A stretch of DNA of 64,000 bases, from the NCBI GenBank assembly GCA_965649765.1, contig OZ287752.1, forward strand, positions 53,382,001-53,446,000, in the 5' to 3' direction. Made by a program: the position numbers and the translations under genes. Position 1 is the stretch's first letter. Each line of letters begins with the position of its first letter. Shown piece after piece: positions 37,093 through 51,500 of this stretch. The notes beneath the pieces were generated by a model that saw only the letters and a list, made by a program, of their open reading frames with translations, ran no database searches and was not told the origin of the DNA. The stretch is from Bispira polyomma (lineage: Eukaryota).

Positions 37093-39588
37093 TCTATTAC
37101 AGAACAGCACTCAGTAAAGTGCAAAAAATGCCACAGTGGCACAAAATTGATACAAATATACTCTTTGATCTGTCCTTCAACCAAGATCTGGTCCCGTATA
37201 CCTGATAACATGCAATTCGGTTCAAGCCTCCTTGAGTGAGATAATTATTACTGACCAACTGTTGGTTAAATTAATGTAACCTTTTTATTAGTGGGCTGCA
37301 TTATATGGTGGTGCCTTGTTTATTTAAGTGTTTTCAGAAGTTTGAAAAACAGCATAACCTAATGAGGGATGTATCATTAATAAGTTATTTTTAACATGTA
37401 TTTACATGACTTTAATACAGTCTATATTGGAAATAAATACATCAAAAGAAAGAATACATTTAAGGGTAACACAGGATAACAAATTGTTTTTTTTTTAAGG
37501 AAATTGCTTATTTTACAAAAAATCTTAAAAGAAACAAAATAAGGCTACACCAAAGAACACTCCAGTACAAAGTATGTCATCTGATATGAGGATTTCCAGC
37601 CTGTCTGTCAAATTACTGTACTGAGGCAATAAATCAGAATTTCGGATTTCTTGCAGCCTCCTTGGTGTACAATAACAAGTTTAGCCTTTCCAAAGTTCAG
37701 TTCTCAAATTTAGTTTATTCATTACCCATAGCCTATAAAAATGCAAAGGTATTGTTTTCACCTGGGTAATCAGGATGGACATCTACATGGGGCTAGGTTT
37801 TTTAACCTGCAGAAATTCATATGGGGTACAAGCATTCCCTCCCAGGTCATCTGTGTTCCAAAGAGAGAGTATTACCCACAATCCGACGGTGGCAGATAGC
37901 TAACACAAACCTGCTCCAATGGTTATAATTATTGTATTATTGCCTGGTAAAAAACAGATTCTCTCCTTCTACTTTAACAACACTTGCTACAAAAAAACTC
38001 AACACACACAGCTTAAGTACATCCGACAAAGAGAGCACAAATACTACAATCAGTGGTGCCATCTAAATTAAAGTGTATTTCTGGCACCAGAGTCATTTAT
38101 GATGGATTTTATGTGTCAATTATGATACTGTCTCTTGCTTTTGCTGAAAATGCCACCATTATGGGGAATTTTTATGCCAGCAACAAAATGTTAGTCGCTT
38201 ATCTCAAATTAAAATTTTACTAATGAAGGTGGTCTTCCCATTACCTACTAAGGATACAAAATATTTTTCATAACTTCATTCTCTCCTTTAGTTTGCTGCA
38301 ATAGCATGTATATGTAGGGCACAGTGTAGGCTTGCAGCAACACCACATGGATACAATACAAACCCATGTTTTATATAATATAACCCCCATATAGTAAACA
38401 TTAACACATAGCCCTTATAAAAAGTAAAAACTTATGATAAATATAAATATACAGGTAGATACTTTATTAATAGATATGGAAATCATGGACTTGATATCGA
38501 GTCGGCGTTAAGCTAAAGCTTTTTTTAAGAACAAGACCACAGTTTCCTGAACAGCGACCTTTCTGTGGTAGATACAACACTCATACCAAACAGTGAAGTT
38601 AGTATATGTTGAACATTTATATTCTGGCAGATATTTTTATATTTTGCCTGCTACATTTACCATTTTTTCTAAATACCTTCCTCATAGATATGGTTTGGGT
38701 AATGGTATTTGCTTTTCTCCATCAGGGACACTTATCAGAATTAAAAAAAATCATCTTTCACAAGCAATAAACAAAGATCCAGTAAAACATAGTTCAATTT
38801 CTGTGTTAGTATCTATATTGAGGTCAAAACCTCCGGCACCATTAGATCCATGATGGATCACATGTCTAGATAACTTAAAATATATATAATTATAGTTAAC
38901 AGAGTACCTTCCATCTTGTTAATAGCAATAGTGGCTCAGTTGGCTAATATTTAAAGTCACAGATCATATAGAAATTTGATGATTATCTAAATATATTTGG
39001 CTGATCTACGTTGAAACAGAAAACTAGATTGTTTGGTTTTCATAAATTAAAAAAATGTTTATTTATATTACAGCATATCTGCCATAGAAATATGTTTGAA
39101 AGAGAAATCAAACCCACCACCGTAACATCTCAAGGAAATTAAATATTAACCAAGGCAGTAACAGTGATTTATCCACTTTTGGGGGGATATGTCACATACA
39201 TATATCAATAACATTGTCTCAATAAAATAACTGTGAGCTGGTAAAATCATACACTGCTGTTAAACTCTGGCACAAGGCTATTTCCTGATTAGAAGCTATT
39301 TTTTCCCCAATATTATCAGCTTCAAATGGCAAATGTTCAATAGATCAGCTTCTTTCCCTGCTCACTAAACAGGCTTGTCACATACAAAACTATCCATCTT
39401 GGCCACTTAACAAGTACCTTTCTCCTTCCTCTCTCTAAAAAAATAAAGTTCATTTTTTTTAGTACCAAAATTGCTAAACAGAAAATACCCGCTGAATTTA
39501 ATATTAGTAGGACTGTCACCTACGAAGCATTAAAAAATGGATATACTTATTGATTTTGTGTTAAGGAGGTGAGATATGTCAAGCCTTG

Positions 39589-39663
39589 TTTATAAGTGTA
39601 AATTTAGAACTGTCTTTTTGACGTCACTTGGTATGGTTTTATCTCAGCAATGACGTCACCAAT
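39589..39663 (-). promoter_or_regulatory. CCAAT-CRE-CRE-TATA promoter module
   Basis: TGACGTCA at 39619-39626 and 39651-39658, CCAAT at 39659-39663, minus-strand TATAAA at about 39589-39594; paralogous modules near 46240-46310 and 53965-54031. Confidence 0.55.
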
Positions 39664-40639
39664 AAGGGCTGTCATGCAAATTTTGTAGTATTTTTAATAT
39701 CTTCCTGGGTGTGCGTGAACGGGGTATTAAAATCTTATATCTTGCTAAATTACCTCTCAAATACAGCGAAGTAAGAGACATTAATCCAATACAAGAGGCC
39801 TTAATGTGAAATCTATGCCACAAAATTGGCAAAAATACTATTGTCTTTTTACTAGCTCTTTAAACAGATTTAAAAATGTGAAGCAGAAAGTTTTCCAAAC
39901 TAAATTTGATATTCACAAGTTAAGGGATTTTTAACATTATATATAAGATCTATTATCCAAACACATTTGCAGACTGGTATTTTGTTCAGATAAACTAATG
40001 ATAGAAGTGAAAGTTTAGTATCTCTTCCAAACATAATGGACCATAGACTTTAGTGTAGCTCAGGCGTGTAGTCCTACCTTCAGTCGACTTCCCAAGCTGC
40101 TTCCATCATTCCCTTTACGTTCTCCTTGATTGTCCCTTCCTCTCTTTAGTTGGTTTCAGTCTTAATTTTAAATCTTATATTTTATAACATTTAAAAATAG
40201 CTTTTATCTGTAAATATCCACTAACATGTACAGAATAAAACTGCAAACTGTATCTTTTATTCTTTACTTACATCCCCATATCACTACCATTCAACCATTG
40301 AGAACTGTTACAACTATGACAACTTCAGGGGGCCTGCGGTCTCAATTCCTACCCATCTGATTACCTCCTTATTCTTATTGCTCTCTTCTGTTCATCCCTA
40401 ATTACCTATGGGCCATTCAGTATTTTAGACACCACAGTAAGGAGCTCCTGAATCCCCTTACACAGTCACCATTTTAGACCCAAAAGTTCACCCACCACCC
40501 TCCCCTCCACCAAGAATAATGTTTTTCTTGGTGACATTATTGTTCATCGCATTTCCAATTGGGGCCACCATACTACTCATTTACATTCATAATATGAATT
40601 TTAAAAATTTCACTTTACCTCCTTTCTTGTGTGATTCAG

Positions 40640-40755
40640 GTGTGGGACTGTGTGGGCCACCCGCCAAGGGCCTCCATGGTCGAACAGGAGCCTCTGAGAG
40701 GCCGGATCCCCAACCCCTCTGCTGGGCAATTAGGTGCCTCAGGTCCCGTGCCCTT
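40640..40755 (+). pseudogene. Decayed collagen-like Gly-X-Y exon fragment
   Basis: Polypyrimidine tract and CAG acceptor at 40610-40639, then GLC GPP AK GLH GRT GAS ERP DP / GQL GAS GPV. Confidence 0.45.
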
Positions 40756-43700
40756 AATCCTCACACTAAAAAATCATATGGATTCTTTAATACTACTTCT
40801 ATTAACCTTGAGGTTTATTGATACCACGTAGTATTAGTAATAATGTATTTTTGACACAAGTCACTAAAGTTTGCCTAATATATGAGACGGCTCCCCAAAT
40901 TACTTTTTGTTGTTTCGTTTTTATTGTTATTTTCCCCCCATCTCCTAGGATATTTTGTGAGGGGAATTTATCTATTAGATTCTGACTCATTCATCACAAG
41001 GAATAATTGCTTACAAAGTTGAATGGCAGTGAGTAATACCTTACCTTCAAAACAATGTAGCTGACACTTAGTTAACGAGTGTGCTTAGTAGAGCACAAAC
41101 CGCGGTCTTGGGGTAAAATTCGAAATGTCTCTGCTTTAACTACAAGACTGGACCTTTGAACGTCAGCCATCAATGACAGTACATGAAATACTTATTTGAC
41201 CAAATCACCCATTTAGTAGCAGTTTTGGGGGTACAAAGTAAATGATTATTAAAGTACTCATCTTTTCTCAACTTTTCTCTGTATTATTATATCAGCTTTA
41301 TCTAGAGTTGCATCAAACTTTAGTGATTTGTTGCTTTGTGGCATGCTCTTGTCCTCAAACAAATTTCATTAGTTTTTGTTTAATCAAACCAAATCAAACA
41401 GGGACATAAATATAACCTTACTGGCTTTGGTAATATGCAACATTCGGATATTTTACAATAAAAAAGTATATCAATAAATCACCTCTCCTGATTTCGTGCC
41501 GCCTCCAGGGTGTACAATGACAAAGTAAACCAGCTAATTCAACAGTCCTTATGATGAAACTATAAAAAAATTTCTCAATAAACATGACATTTAACCCAAG
41601 TTAGGAGACCAAATAAAACAGACTTTTACAGAAAGGCCGAGAATCTATTGTGGGTCATTTTTTACCCATTCACAAGTTACACCACTTTCAAATTACATCT
41701 GTTTATACGCCATCAGCATCTATAGTTATTTAGCGTGATATCACAAACCGATACTGGTTCTAAACAAAGCACATATAAGTTTCCCCATATGAGGTAAGAA
41801 TGGAGATACATTAATTCAGACTGCATTTTTGAATTTAAACTACATGTTTAACACCTATCTCTTCAACCTTAGTCCCATTAATTCTCTCACTGTACACCTT
41901 GGCTATGTTTATTTACTTCTTAATTGGTTAATTGATTCTGTTGTGGCACTTTAGAAGTGGGTATTAAAAATGAAAAATACAATACAATACAGTGCTGAAG
42001 GCTCTACTGAAAGGGATAGTTTATTCCATACACAGAAACTACACATATTTCCTTCATGCGACTTGAGTCTGAATGTCAGTTTGTATTTCTTTGGATAATA
42101 CAGACCTTGGGAACTCATGAAGAAAAACTGGTGTTGATAGATTCATTTAGTCAAGTACATTGCAGTGATAGTAACAGAGAAATCAGATTGCCCTAATACA
42201 GTTTGATAAGGCAGTGGCACTTACTAAGACAAAAAGATCAAATAATATAGAATGTTTGCATGTGTTCTTCATAAATTAAGGCTTTACTGGTTTTAGCCAC
42301 CCCAGAGTCAAAATGATTTAATGGCCTTTCCTATATTTTTCTGTTGATGTAGATAAAGATAATCTATGCAATACATATTATGTGTCAGTCTATTAAAAAA
42401 ACTAGTTTTAGCAGCACTTTTTACAAAATTTTACACACAGCTTATTACATACACCAAAGAGAGCAAAAATATTACAATCAGTTGTGCCATCTAAATTGAG
42501 GCCGCTTTTTCTGGCACCAGTGTCATTTATGGTAGATCTTATCTATAAATTCTGATCATTTTTAAAGCTTTTACTGAAATTGCCACTGTTACAGGGAATT
42601 TTCATTGAAACAACAATTGTTGGTCACTAATCTTAAACTAAAACATAAACTTTGGCAATATCCTTACCTAGAAAGCATAATGAGCTTTTTGTTTACTTTT
42701 TGTGGTGAAATGAGGGTGCTCTGTCCAGTACCTACTGAGAATACTAAAAAATTTTTTCTTTACTTTCTGCGCTTTGTAATTTTTAGTAGTTACAGTTTTA
42801 AATGTAAGCCTCAAGACTTTGCCTCTCATAATTTGTTGCATTAACATGATTATGTAGGGACTAGTGTATGTTTTCAGCAATACCTCATGAATCAATATAA
42901 ACCCATGTTCTATATAATATGACCTCCATATAGCTACCAGACATTAACCATAGCCAGTCAACATTAATTCATAGTCCTTGTAAAAAGTAAAAATTAAAAA
43001 ATTCGGACTAAATATACAGTCACACACATTTTTTTAGAGATAAGGAAATCATAGACTTGACATTGAGTCAAAGTTGATATTTTTATATCCTGCCTATTAC
43101 ATTTACCGTCAATCTAAAAACTCTCCTCATAGGTATGGTTTGTGTAATGGTATTTGCTTTTCTCCCTCAATGACTCAAAATAAAAAAAAAATCATTTTTC
43201 GCAAGCAATAAACAAAGATCCAGGAAAACGTAGTTCAATCTTTGTGTTATGATCTATAATGAGATCAAAACTTCTGGCACCATTACATCCATTATGGATC
43301 AGATGTCTGGATGAAACCAAACTCTGAAGTTAGTATATTTTACACATTTGTGTTCTGGCAGATATTTTTTATATGATGCCTATTACATTAACCATTTCTT
43401 ACAAATACCCTCCTCATAGATATGTTTTATGTAATGGTATTTTTTTCCCTTTCAATAACATTTACCAGAGAGAAATAATCTTATACAAGCAATAAACAAG
43501 GATCCAGAAACATAGTTCAAACTCAGTGTTAGTATCGATAATAGGTCAAAACTTCTGGCACCAGAACATCCATTATAGATAATATGTCTGGATGACTTAA
43601 CATATATATAATTATAGTCAACAGAGTACATTTTACAATAGTGACTCAACTGGGTAATGTTGAAAGTTCAGATAGAAATTTGATGAGTGTATATTTTTGT

Positions 43701-43889
43701 CTAATCTACATAAAAACTAAAACCTAGACAGTCTGAAGTCCTTAAATTTAAAAAATACGTTTATTGATACGCCAGAGCTAGTAAAGGCAACTGAAGCATG
43801 GCCTTAATATTATTAAACAATAAATGAAATATAACCAAATAAAAATAAAATAAAACATAAAAGACTGTCCATTGCTCAATAATCACCAT

Positions 43890-45000
43890 CAATTTTTTTT
43901 GCGATGGAGGCACAATAGCAATACTTACTCTTTGGAACTTTTTCAGTTTAACACATGGCATGTGATACCAGTCCAGGCAGGAATCGCAGCCTATGGACTC
44001 TTCTCTGCATTTGCCACATTTTCAGTCTCGGTCCTTAATCTCCTTGATTGCAATTAGAGCTCCCCCAGCTATCACAGTAAAAAAATCTCCTCAGCATATT
44101 TACTTTGCTGTCTTCGGGCTGGCTAGGTACATTCTCTCTCTCAATTGCCTTCTCTCCTATTAGGTGATTCTTGTACTGTCTTGTTAACTCCAAACAGTAA
44201 ACAATTTGCATAGTCTAGTTTTGATATCACCAAGCCTTGAATGAGACAGGAACATGACTCTTCAGATAGATATTTGCGAATCCTTGCCATTTTATAAATT
44301 TCCAACTGGCAGGCCTTACATTTTTTAGGATAAACCATAATCTCCATATTTAATAAAGAGTAAAAATAGGCAGTCAGGTTGTGGACAGAGTTTGTTCAAG
44401 GAATTGAGCATCACCCACTTAGAAATAGATGGTTTTTGTTCCATATGGTGTCTAGATCCAAAAATAATAACTTCTGTCTTGCCATCATTCAGCATAAGTA
44501 AATTTCCCAACATCCATTTTTTAATGTTCTCAATGCATTGCAGAGTTTCCTCCATTGAATTGAGGTCAAAGTTAACATAAAGCTGAGAGTCATCCTCATA
44601 GAGCATATGACTCACACCATGTTTGTCTGCAATGTCTGCCACAATGTCTGTCATGTTAAACACGAAGTAAAGTAGATTTGGTAGAGTGAAAAGGTCTATT
44701 AGCCGTCTGCATTTTACTCTATAGGTTATTCTGATCTAAATGGGTTCTAAGACGATTTGCAACAACTTTTTCAATCACCTTTGATAGGAATGGCAAGTTT
44801 GAGACAGGTCTGTAATTTTTCATGATTTCTTTATCCAAATTCTCTTTTTTTAGCAACGGTGTAATATCAGCATGTTTTAGATTTGTTCGAAATGTTCCCT
44901 CTTCCAAAGATTTGTTTGACAATTCTAACAATCGCAGGAGCCTAAATGTCTATATTTTCCTTGGTTAACTTTGTTGGAAAAGGATCTTGAAATGCAGAAG
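43890..45000 (-). mobile_element. L2-clade LINE RT fragment, internally deleted
   Basis: PLLKKENLD..NYRPVSNLPFLSKVIEKVV, HMLYEDDSQLY, WMLGNLLMLNDGKTE, IRKYLS..LIQGLVISKLDYAN. Confidence 0.92.
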
Positions 45001-48000
45001 CATTGGAACATGTAGCGATTATCTTCTGTCCGAATCCACAGCCAGCATGACCTCTACGTCCTTCACTGCATCTTGGTCAAGTCTTCTGATTCTAGGATGG
45101 TGGGGGAAGACTTCCTGAGTAATTTCATGGCTGTGCTCATTGCCCCAAGTCTTTCGTTCTTGCTGATTTCCATCCTTTTGCTGTTCTAATTGAAGGAAAA
45201 AAGGACACTCTATCTTTAATATGGTTGTCTAGTTGTCTGTTTCTCACCTTTAGCCCCCCTGTTCCTATACTCACCTCCTTGGTGACAGTCATATTTGACA
45301 TTATTGTACTTCAAGACTTCAGTACATTCTTAATCAACTTCTTCTGAGCTGCCTCTATACTTCTACTATCTCTGACTACCAGAACACAGAAATGAAGAGT
45401 CTGATACTTCTTATAGCAGAGTCCAATTCCTCAAAGGAATCAAACCCAGAGAAAAAAATAGTAATCATAGATGCCATCTTATCAATCTGTGCAGAATAAT
45501 TCTTGAAAAGAGCAGATTTAGCAATATTCAATTGATCAATGTATCACAATGTGTAAACACAAGTAAATAATGACTAACCCACAGATGTGGGGGTTTATAT
45601 AGAGAGTAATGACTTATAATTGTAATCAGGCTAAACTCACTAAGATGACAAGGTGTGACATACAGTAATCGTTCCTAATTCTCGTTCTATGCAAGGTGAA
45701 GTCTCAGTCAGTATGTTATTTATATTAAGGCCTAACTTTCAGAGGCATATATTTTAAAGAGGACTCAAACCACCTCCACAAAATACCAGGGATTTCAATA
45801 CAAGCCATGGCAGTGATTTAACCACTTTTAGGGGGTTCCGTGACATAAATATGTTTATGCTACTGTCTCAATAAAATAAATGTGAGCTGGTAAAAACATA
45901 CAATGCTGTAAAAAATCTGGAACAGGAGTATTTCCTGATTAGAAGCATTTTTTTCCGCAAAATTATCAACTTGAAATGGCAAATGATCAATAGATCACCC
46001 TGTTCCCCTGCTCACTGAACAGGTTTGTCACATACAGAACTATCCATCTTGGCCACCTAATAAATATTTCTCTACTTGCTCTCTCTAGAAATATAGTTAT
46101 AGTTTTTTCTTCTTTTATTGCCTAAATTGCTAAACAGAAAATACCCGCTGAATTTAATATAAGTAAGACCTACAAAGCATTGAAAAAAGGATATATCTAT
46201 TTATTTTGTGTTAAAGGAGTGACATATGTCATTTCTGGTTTATAAGTGTGAATTTAGAACTGTCTTTTTGACGTCACTTAGTATGTTTTTATCTTAACAA
46301 TGATGTCACCAGTAAGGGCTGTTGTGCAAATTTTGGAGTATTTTTATTATTATGTGTTCCCGGGTGTACGTGAACAGGGTATTAAAATCTTATATCTTGC
46401 TAAATTACCTCTCACTGAAGTAAGCGATAAAAATCAAATACAAGAGAACTGAATGTGAAATCTATGCTACAAAAATGCTATTGTCTTTTTACTAGCCCCT
46501 TGAAAGAGAGTAAACAATGGAGAAAAAGGAGAAAGTTTCCCAAAATAAATTTGAGTTAAGGGATTCTGAACATTATACATAAAAACTAATAATCAAAGAC
46601 TTTTGTAGACTGGTGTTCTGTTTAGATAAAAGATTGACAGAAGTGAAAGTTTCGTTCAACGTATCTCTTTAAAACATAGTGGCCCACAGACTTTGGCGTA
46701 GCTCAGCCGTGTGGTCCTACCTTCAGTCCACTTCACAATCTGCTTCCATCAACCCCCCTACGTTCTCCTCAACTGTCCCTTCTCTTTAGTTGGGTTCGGG
46801 CTTATCTTTAAATCTTATATTTTATAACATTTTAATATACCTTTTACCTGTAAACCTGTATATATACCCTAACATGTTAAGATTAAAAACGCAAATTGTA
46901 TCTTTTATTCCTTACTTACCTCCCCATATTACTAGCATTAAACCATTGGGAACTGTTACTAGCATGACCACTCTAGCGGGCCTGCTGCTTCAGCTCCTAC
47001 CCACCTTATTATCTCCCAATAAGAACTATTCTTGTTTCTCTCTTCTGTCCATCCCTAGTTAGCTATGTGACACTCAGTAATTATGACCACCATTAAGTAG
47101 CTTCTGTATCCCATTAAACAGTCACCATTTTAGATCCTTTGCATTAATAACAATGTTACAAGAATATATACATGTTACAATATGGGAATACAAAAAACAT
47201 ACAGCAGTGTATCAGTAGAACTGTTCACGTTAATAGCAAGGTTACAAAAAAAGTACATGGTCCAGCGTGTTACGATATGAGAATACAAAAAGCATACAAA
47301 TAGTGTATCAGTTTAACTTTACTTCAGAATAAGTAAAACCTGCTGTTCTATAGAACTAAAATAAATAGTGTGCATATCCAAGTTTTATAAATTCCACTGT
47401 CCTTTGCAATCATATTTTTGCAGTCATAAAATTGTCATTCTAGTCCTATTAATTTACTTCGTTCTACACTGTCTTTCAGTATTTTAAGTTGCAACAATGA
47501 TTAGTGTTATAAGTCATTACGTTAACTTGTTTTGCTTGATACATCTACTGTTCTTATGTCTGCTTTCTGTGGGCTTTATTTACCACCTTTTATGGGCTTA
47601 TCTTCAAAGCTTATATTTTATACCATTCTAATATACCTTTTACATGTAAACCTGTTTATATCCACTAACATGTACAGAATAAAACCACAAACTGTTTATA
47701 TTATTCCTTACTTACCTTCCCATATTACTTACAGCATTAGCATTAGCATTTAATCATTGAGAACTATAGTTAAAATAGAATATTATGAATTTAGGAAAGT
47801 GAAAAAATTTTAAAAGTCTTAAAATACTCACCCTGATTACAATATCTGTGTAAGAAACCAATAATGTATTAGATCCTTGCAGTTTTAGATAATATACGAG
47901 AGAGCTGCCCAAATCACTTTTGGTTGTTTTGTTTTTATTGTCAACATTTTCCCCCATCTCTAAAGATAGCTTGTAAGGGGAATTTATCTAATGAATTCTG

Positions 48001-49189
48001 ACACAAGGGAATAATTACTTACAAAGTTGAATGGTAGTGGGTAATACCTTACTTTCAAAACAATGTAGCTGACACTGGTTCATGATTGTGCTCATTAGAG
48101 CACAAACCCCTGTCATGCAGTAAAAATAGAAAGGGTCTGTGCTTTTACTACTTATTTGACTAAATCACCCATTTAGAAGCAGGTTTTGGGGATACAAGGT
48201 AAATGATCTTTAAAGTACTCAGTAAGTACTTTGTATTATTTTATCAGCTTCATCCAAAGTTGCATCAAACTTTAATGATTTGTTGTTTTGTGAAATACTC
48301 TAGCCCTCGAACAAATTTGAGTAGTTTTTGTGCTATCAAACCAAATCAAACAGGGGCATAAACATAACCTAACTGGCTTTGGTAATGATAAAACGTAATA
48401 TGTAACATTTAGTAAGAAGCCCAATAAGTTTGCCACCATGGATTTTCAGTGACATGTGTTTACAATCATAGTTTTATTAAATGAGCAGTATACTGTAATT
48501 TAAAATGTGTACTAATAAGTGTTTTTACTTATGTTGTATACGACATAATTAAAGCTCTTTGAGTATGAACCAATACTTGACCTATACAATAATTTTTTAC
48601 CTCAATAAGCATTGGTAATCCGTATTTCTGGGATGTTCAATTTAAGACTTTTCTTAACATGCTACACTTAGACACTCAATCTCATACTGAATATATATAT
48701 ATGACTATAACCTACACTCATGATCATTTATTTGAATATAGTTGTCAATGCTGAATTCACATTTGCATTCAGAGTTTACTTAACTTTACTTCTGAAAGAG
48801 ATATGGGAACTTTGGTAGGAAGATACCTTTAGGAAACTGCTGCATCAGTCCACAACACTTTAATTGTACTTAACCTTAAACTTTATTTTGGCTAATTCAC
48901 TTTGATATGTACTTTCTGTTGGTCTTAGGGCTTAAAATTTACTAAAAATTTAACCATGATTTTACAAATTGTTTATCTGTACATAGTACTAATATGTATA
49001 TAAAATAAAAGCTCAAACTGAATCTTCTTACTGACTTACAAAACCTTTTAGACTGATCTTTATACCTCTATAACTTAAGTGGACTGTCTGTCTATACTCT
49101 CTATATCCAATGAGATGGCTAGCCTCCGTCTTAAGTTCCCGCTATGTCAAGTTTCCATATTGCATTTCGATTTTAAAGCCACCTCACAA

Positions 49190-49372
49190 ACACACACAGA
49201 TTTTACTTTTTACATTTTCTTTTTTTTTACATGGACATGTTATACAAGTTTTTATTATAGAGCGGTTTTAGGAGAATGTTGATCATTTTGAAGCAACAAC
49301 ACACACACAGATTTTACTTTTTACATTTTCTTTTTTTTTACATGGACATGTTATACAAGTTTTTATTATAGA
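49190..49372. repeat. Near-exact about 70-bp direct duplication
   Basis: ACACACACAGATTTTACTTTTTACATTTTC..GTTTTTATTATAGA occurs twice. Confidence 0.9.
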
Positions 49373-50504
49373 ACGGAATTTTCCTGGCAAACACCAAGTT
49401 ATAATGTAAGATCCACCCTTATTTGGAATGAGGTGCCATACTAGTCTGTTTCTGCACCCCATATTTTCAAAATATAATTTTTATAATGGAGCGACCAGTG
49501 CTGAATTCACATATGTAGTCAGATTTTGCTTAACTTTACTAATGACAGAGATTTGAGACTTCAAAGCTTCTTTAGCGTTAATCTTAGTTGAGCTTTTTGA
49601 GAATATGGCAACAGATTACCTCAACTTCTAAACCTTTGCAAAACAGTAAGCTATTACTTTAAGTGATCACCAAACCCACCATTCCATGACAAAATGACCT
49701 CAGAGATCCAAACACTCTCATGCATCATTACACCCTATTTTGTGCCCAGGTCTTTTTTCATCTCTTAGGTCACTTAAGCCAAATTGCAATTGCAATGGTG
49801 GGCAATTCATTGTGTGTCCACCCAACTAAGAAAATAGTTTTAACCACAAACTGATGTAATTATGGAAATAAAGGTAATCACTGTATGGGGGAGATTTTAT
49901 TATCAGGCAGACCATTGCACTGTATTTACATTCACTAAACTTATTTTGGTCTAAGAAGGCTAACAATAGCTAAGTTAACATTTTGTTACACTAATATAGG
50001 TTGAATATGACTGGTCCTGCTATTTATGTCTTTCAGGGATGTTAAGTCAATCATTTTAATGGTGGACGTGTTCCTTTTCTTATTCTAACCATGAAAATAT
50101 CAATAGACACAGGTCAAAACAATCCAATTAAACAAAACAGTTGCCAGGATGCTACAGTGCAACAGAAGTACTAAAGTATAAACCCCCTAAACCACTCTTA
50201 CCTCAGTCTTAGGTCAACCTTAAAAAATAATACACTCACTTTGCTATTTTATTTAAAGTGCTCTTTTCACAGATTTATCAAAAACGATCTTAAAAGAAAT
50301 AAAAAAGGCTACCAAAAACAACACCAAAGGACACTCCAGTACAAAATATGTCATCTGATATCAGGTTTTTCAGCCTGTCTGTCATATTACTGTACTGAGG
50401 CAATATCTCAAAATTACTGATTCCTTGCAGCCTCCTTGGTGTAGAATAACAATTTTAGCCTTTCTAAGACAAAGAAATAGTTCAGTAAACAAATTTGGTT
50501 TTGA

Positions 50505-50700
50505 TTTTTCCCATAGTCTGTATAGGCTATAGGCATACTTTTATGGGCGTTATCTGGCTGGGCGTCCGGGCAGGTGGTAACTTCCAAAGTTTGTCCGGGT
50601 TGGTTCTTGGAACCCAAGTTCATATTTGGTACAAATATTCATTATAGGCAATACGTTTGACGTTTTGTGGCCCGATTTTACCCAAAAGGCAATAGGTTTT
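50505..50700 (+). mobile_element. Helentron-associated (HINE/DINE-like) non-autonomous repeat
   Basis: TTTTTCCCATAG..CTATAGG hairpin, GGCTGGGCGTCCGGGC microsatellite, TTTGTCCGGG..AAGTTCATATTTGGTACA. Confidence 0.5.
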
Positions 50701-50719
50701 TGGCATCTCTGATCGTATT

Positions 50720-51500
50720 TTGTGTTATGATGCTGAGTTCACTGATAGTGGAAATCAGCCAGCTGGTCAAGGCTTTCTGCTCTGCAAACCATTGATCTTT
50801 AACAACCAACCAGAATATTTTTGAACAGAATGCTGAATCTCAGTATAGTACATTTAGAGATAGTTAATGCATTGTTGGCTGCTAGGCTTTTCCAGGCCGA
50901 GTTTACTGAAAAAAAAATTAACTGAACATGCTTTTTTGTAGAAAATCTATTTTAAACAGAAGAACTAATGATGCTGTACTTTGTTTCAAGTCACATGCTA
51001 CTTGAGAAGCTAGATTCAGAAGCCGGTACTAAGCTTAAATCAGTATTCAGGCCAAAGACACAAAGCTCTAACACAAAACATTTAGGACATTTGTGGCATT
51101 TTGTGTACATTACCTTTGAGTATTCAGGGGCCTCGTTTGCATACAGCGCTCATGTTCCGATCCAGAAAATACAGCAGTATGGCACCTGAACGTCAGACTG
51201 TGTTTGGAGATATATTCATGGTGATTCTCGTATAAGTGAGACCGTTGCACTGTCCCGACAAACCAACTGAAATAATATGCTACGAATGGCCTACAAGTTG
51301 GGCTTTGAGTTTTTTCATGTTATCTGGTAATAATATTTATAGGTATCAATGTAGTTTTAAGTATTTATGTAACATATGCACACTAGTAGTTACACTAATA
51401 GGTCACTAACCTGATCTTTAAAAAGTCATGGTTGTAAGTGTTTAGGTCACCTTATAGTGGTGACTCACTTTTAGGTTGATCAAAAGTTGTTTATAAAAAT
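50720..51500 (+). mobile_element. Second, heavily deleted Ngaro-like YR retrotransposon remnant
   Basis: RIFLNRMLN/LSIVHLEIVNALLAARLF from 50812 (RT-RNase H pieces); SGASFAYSAHVPIQKIQQYGT*TSDCVWRYI at about 51124-51216 (YR C-terminus); downstream TGTTTAGGTCACCTTA at 51439. Confidence 0.8.

Larger units (their letters stand above)
37500..41445 (-). repeat. Tandem segmental triplication, copy A (decayed unknown gene)
   Basis: Collinear homology with 42400-50120 and 50275-55960, e.g. ACTCCAGTACAAA, CAAAGAGAGCA.AAATACTACAATCAG, TATCCATCTTGGCCAC, GGGGAATTTATCTA. Confidence 0.9.
42400..50120 (-). repeat. Tandem segmental triplication, copy B
   Basis: Collinear with copies A and C; contains an extra copy of an internal module (43080-43320 versus 43370-43620) and an L2 insertion. 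Confidence 0.9.
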
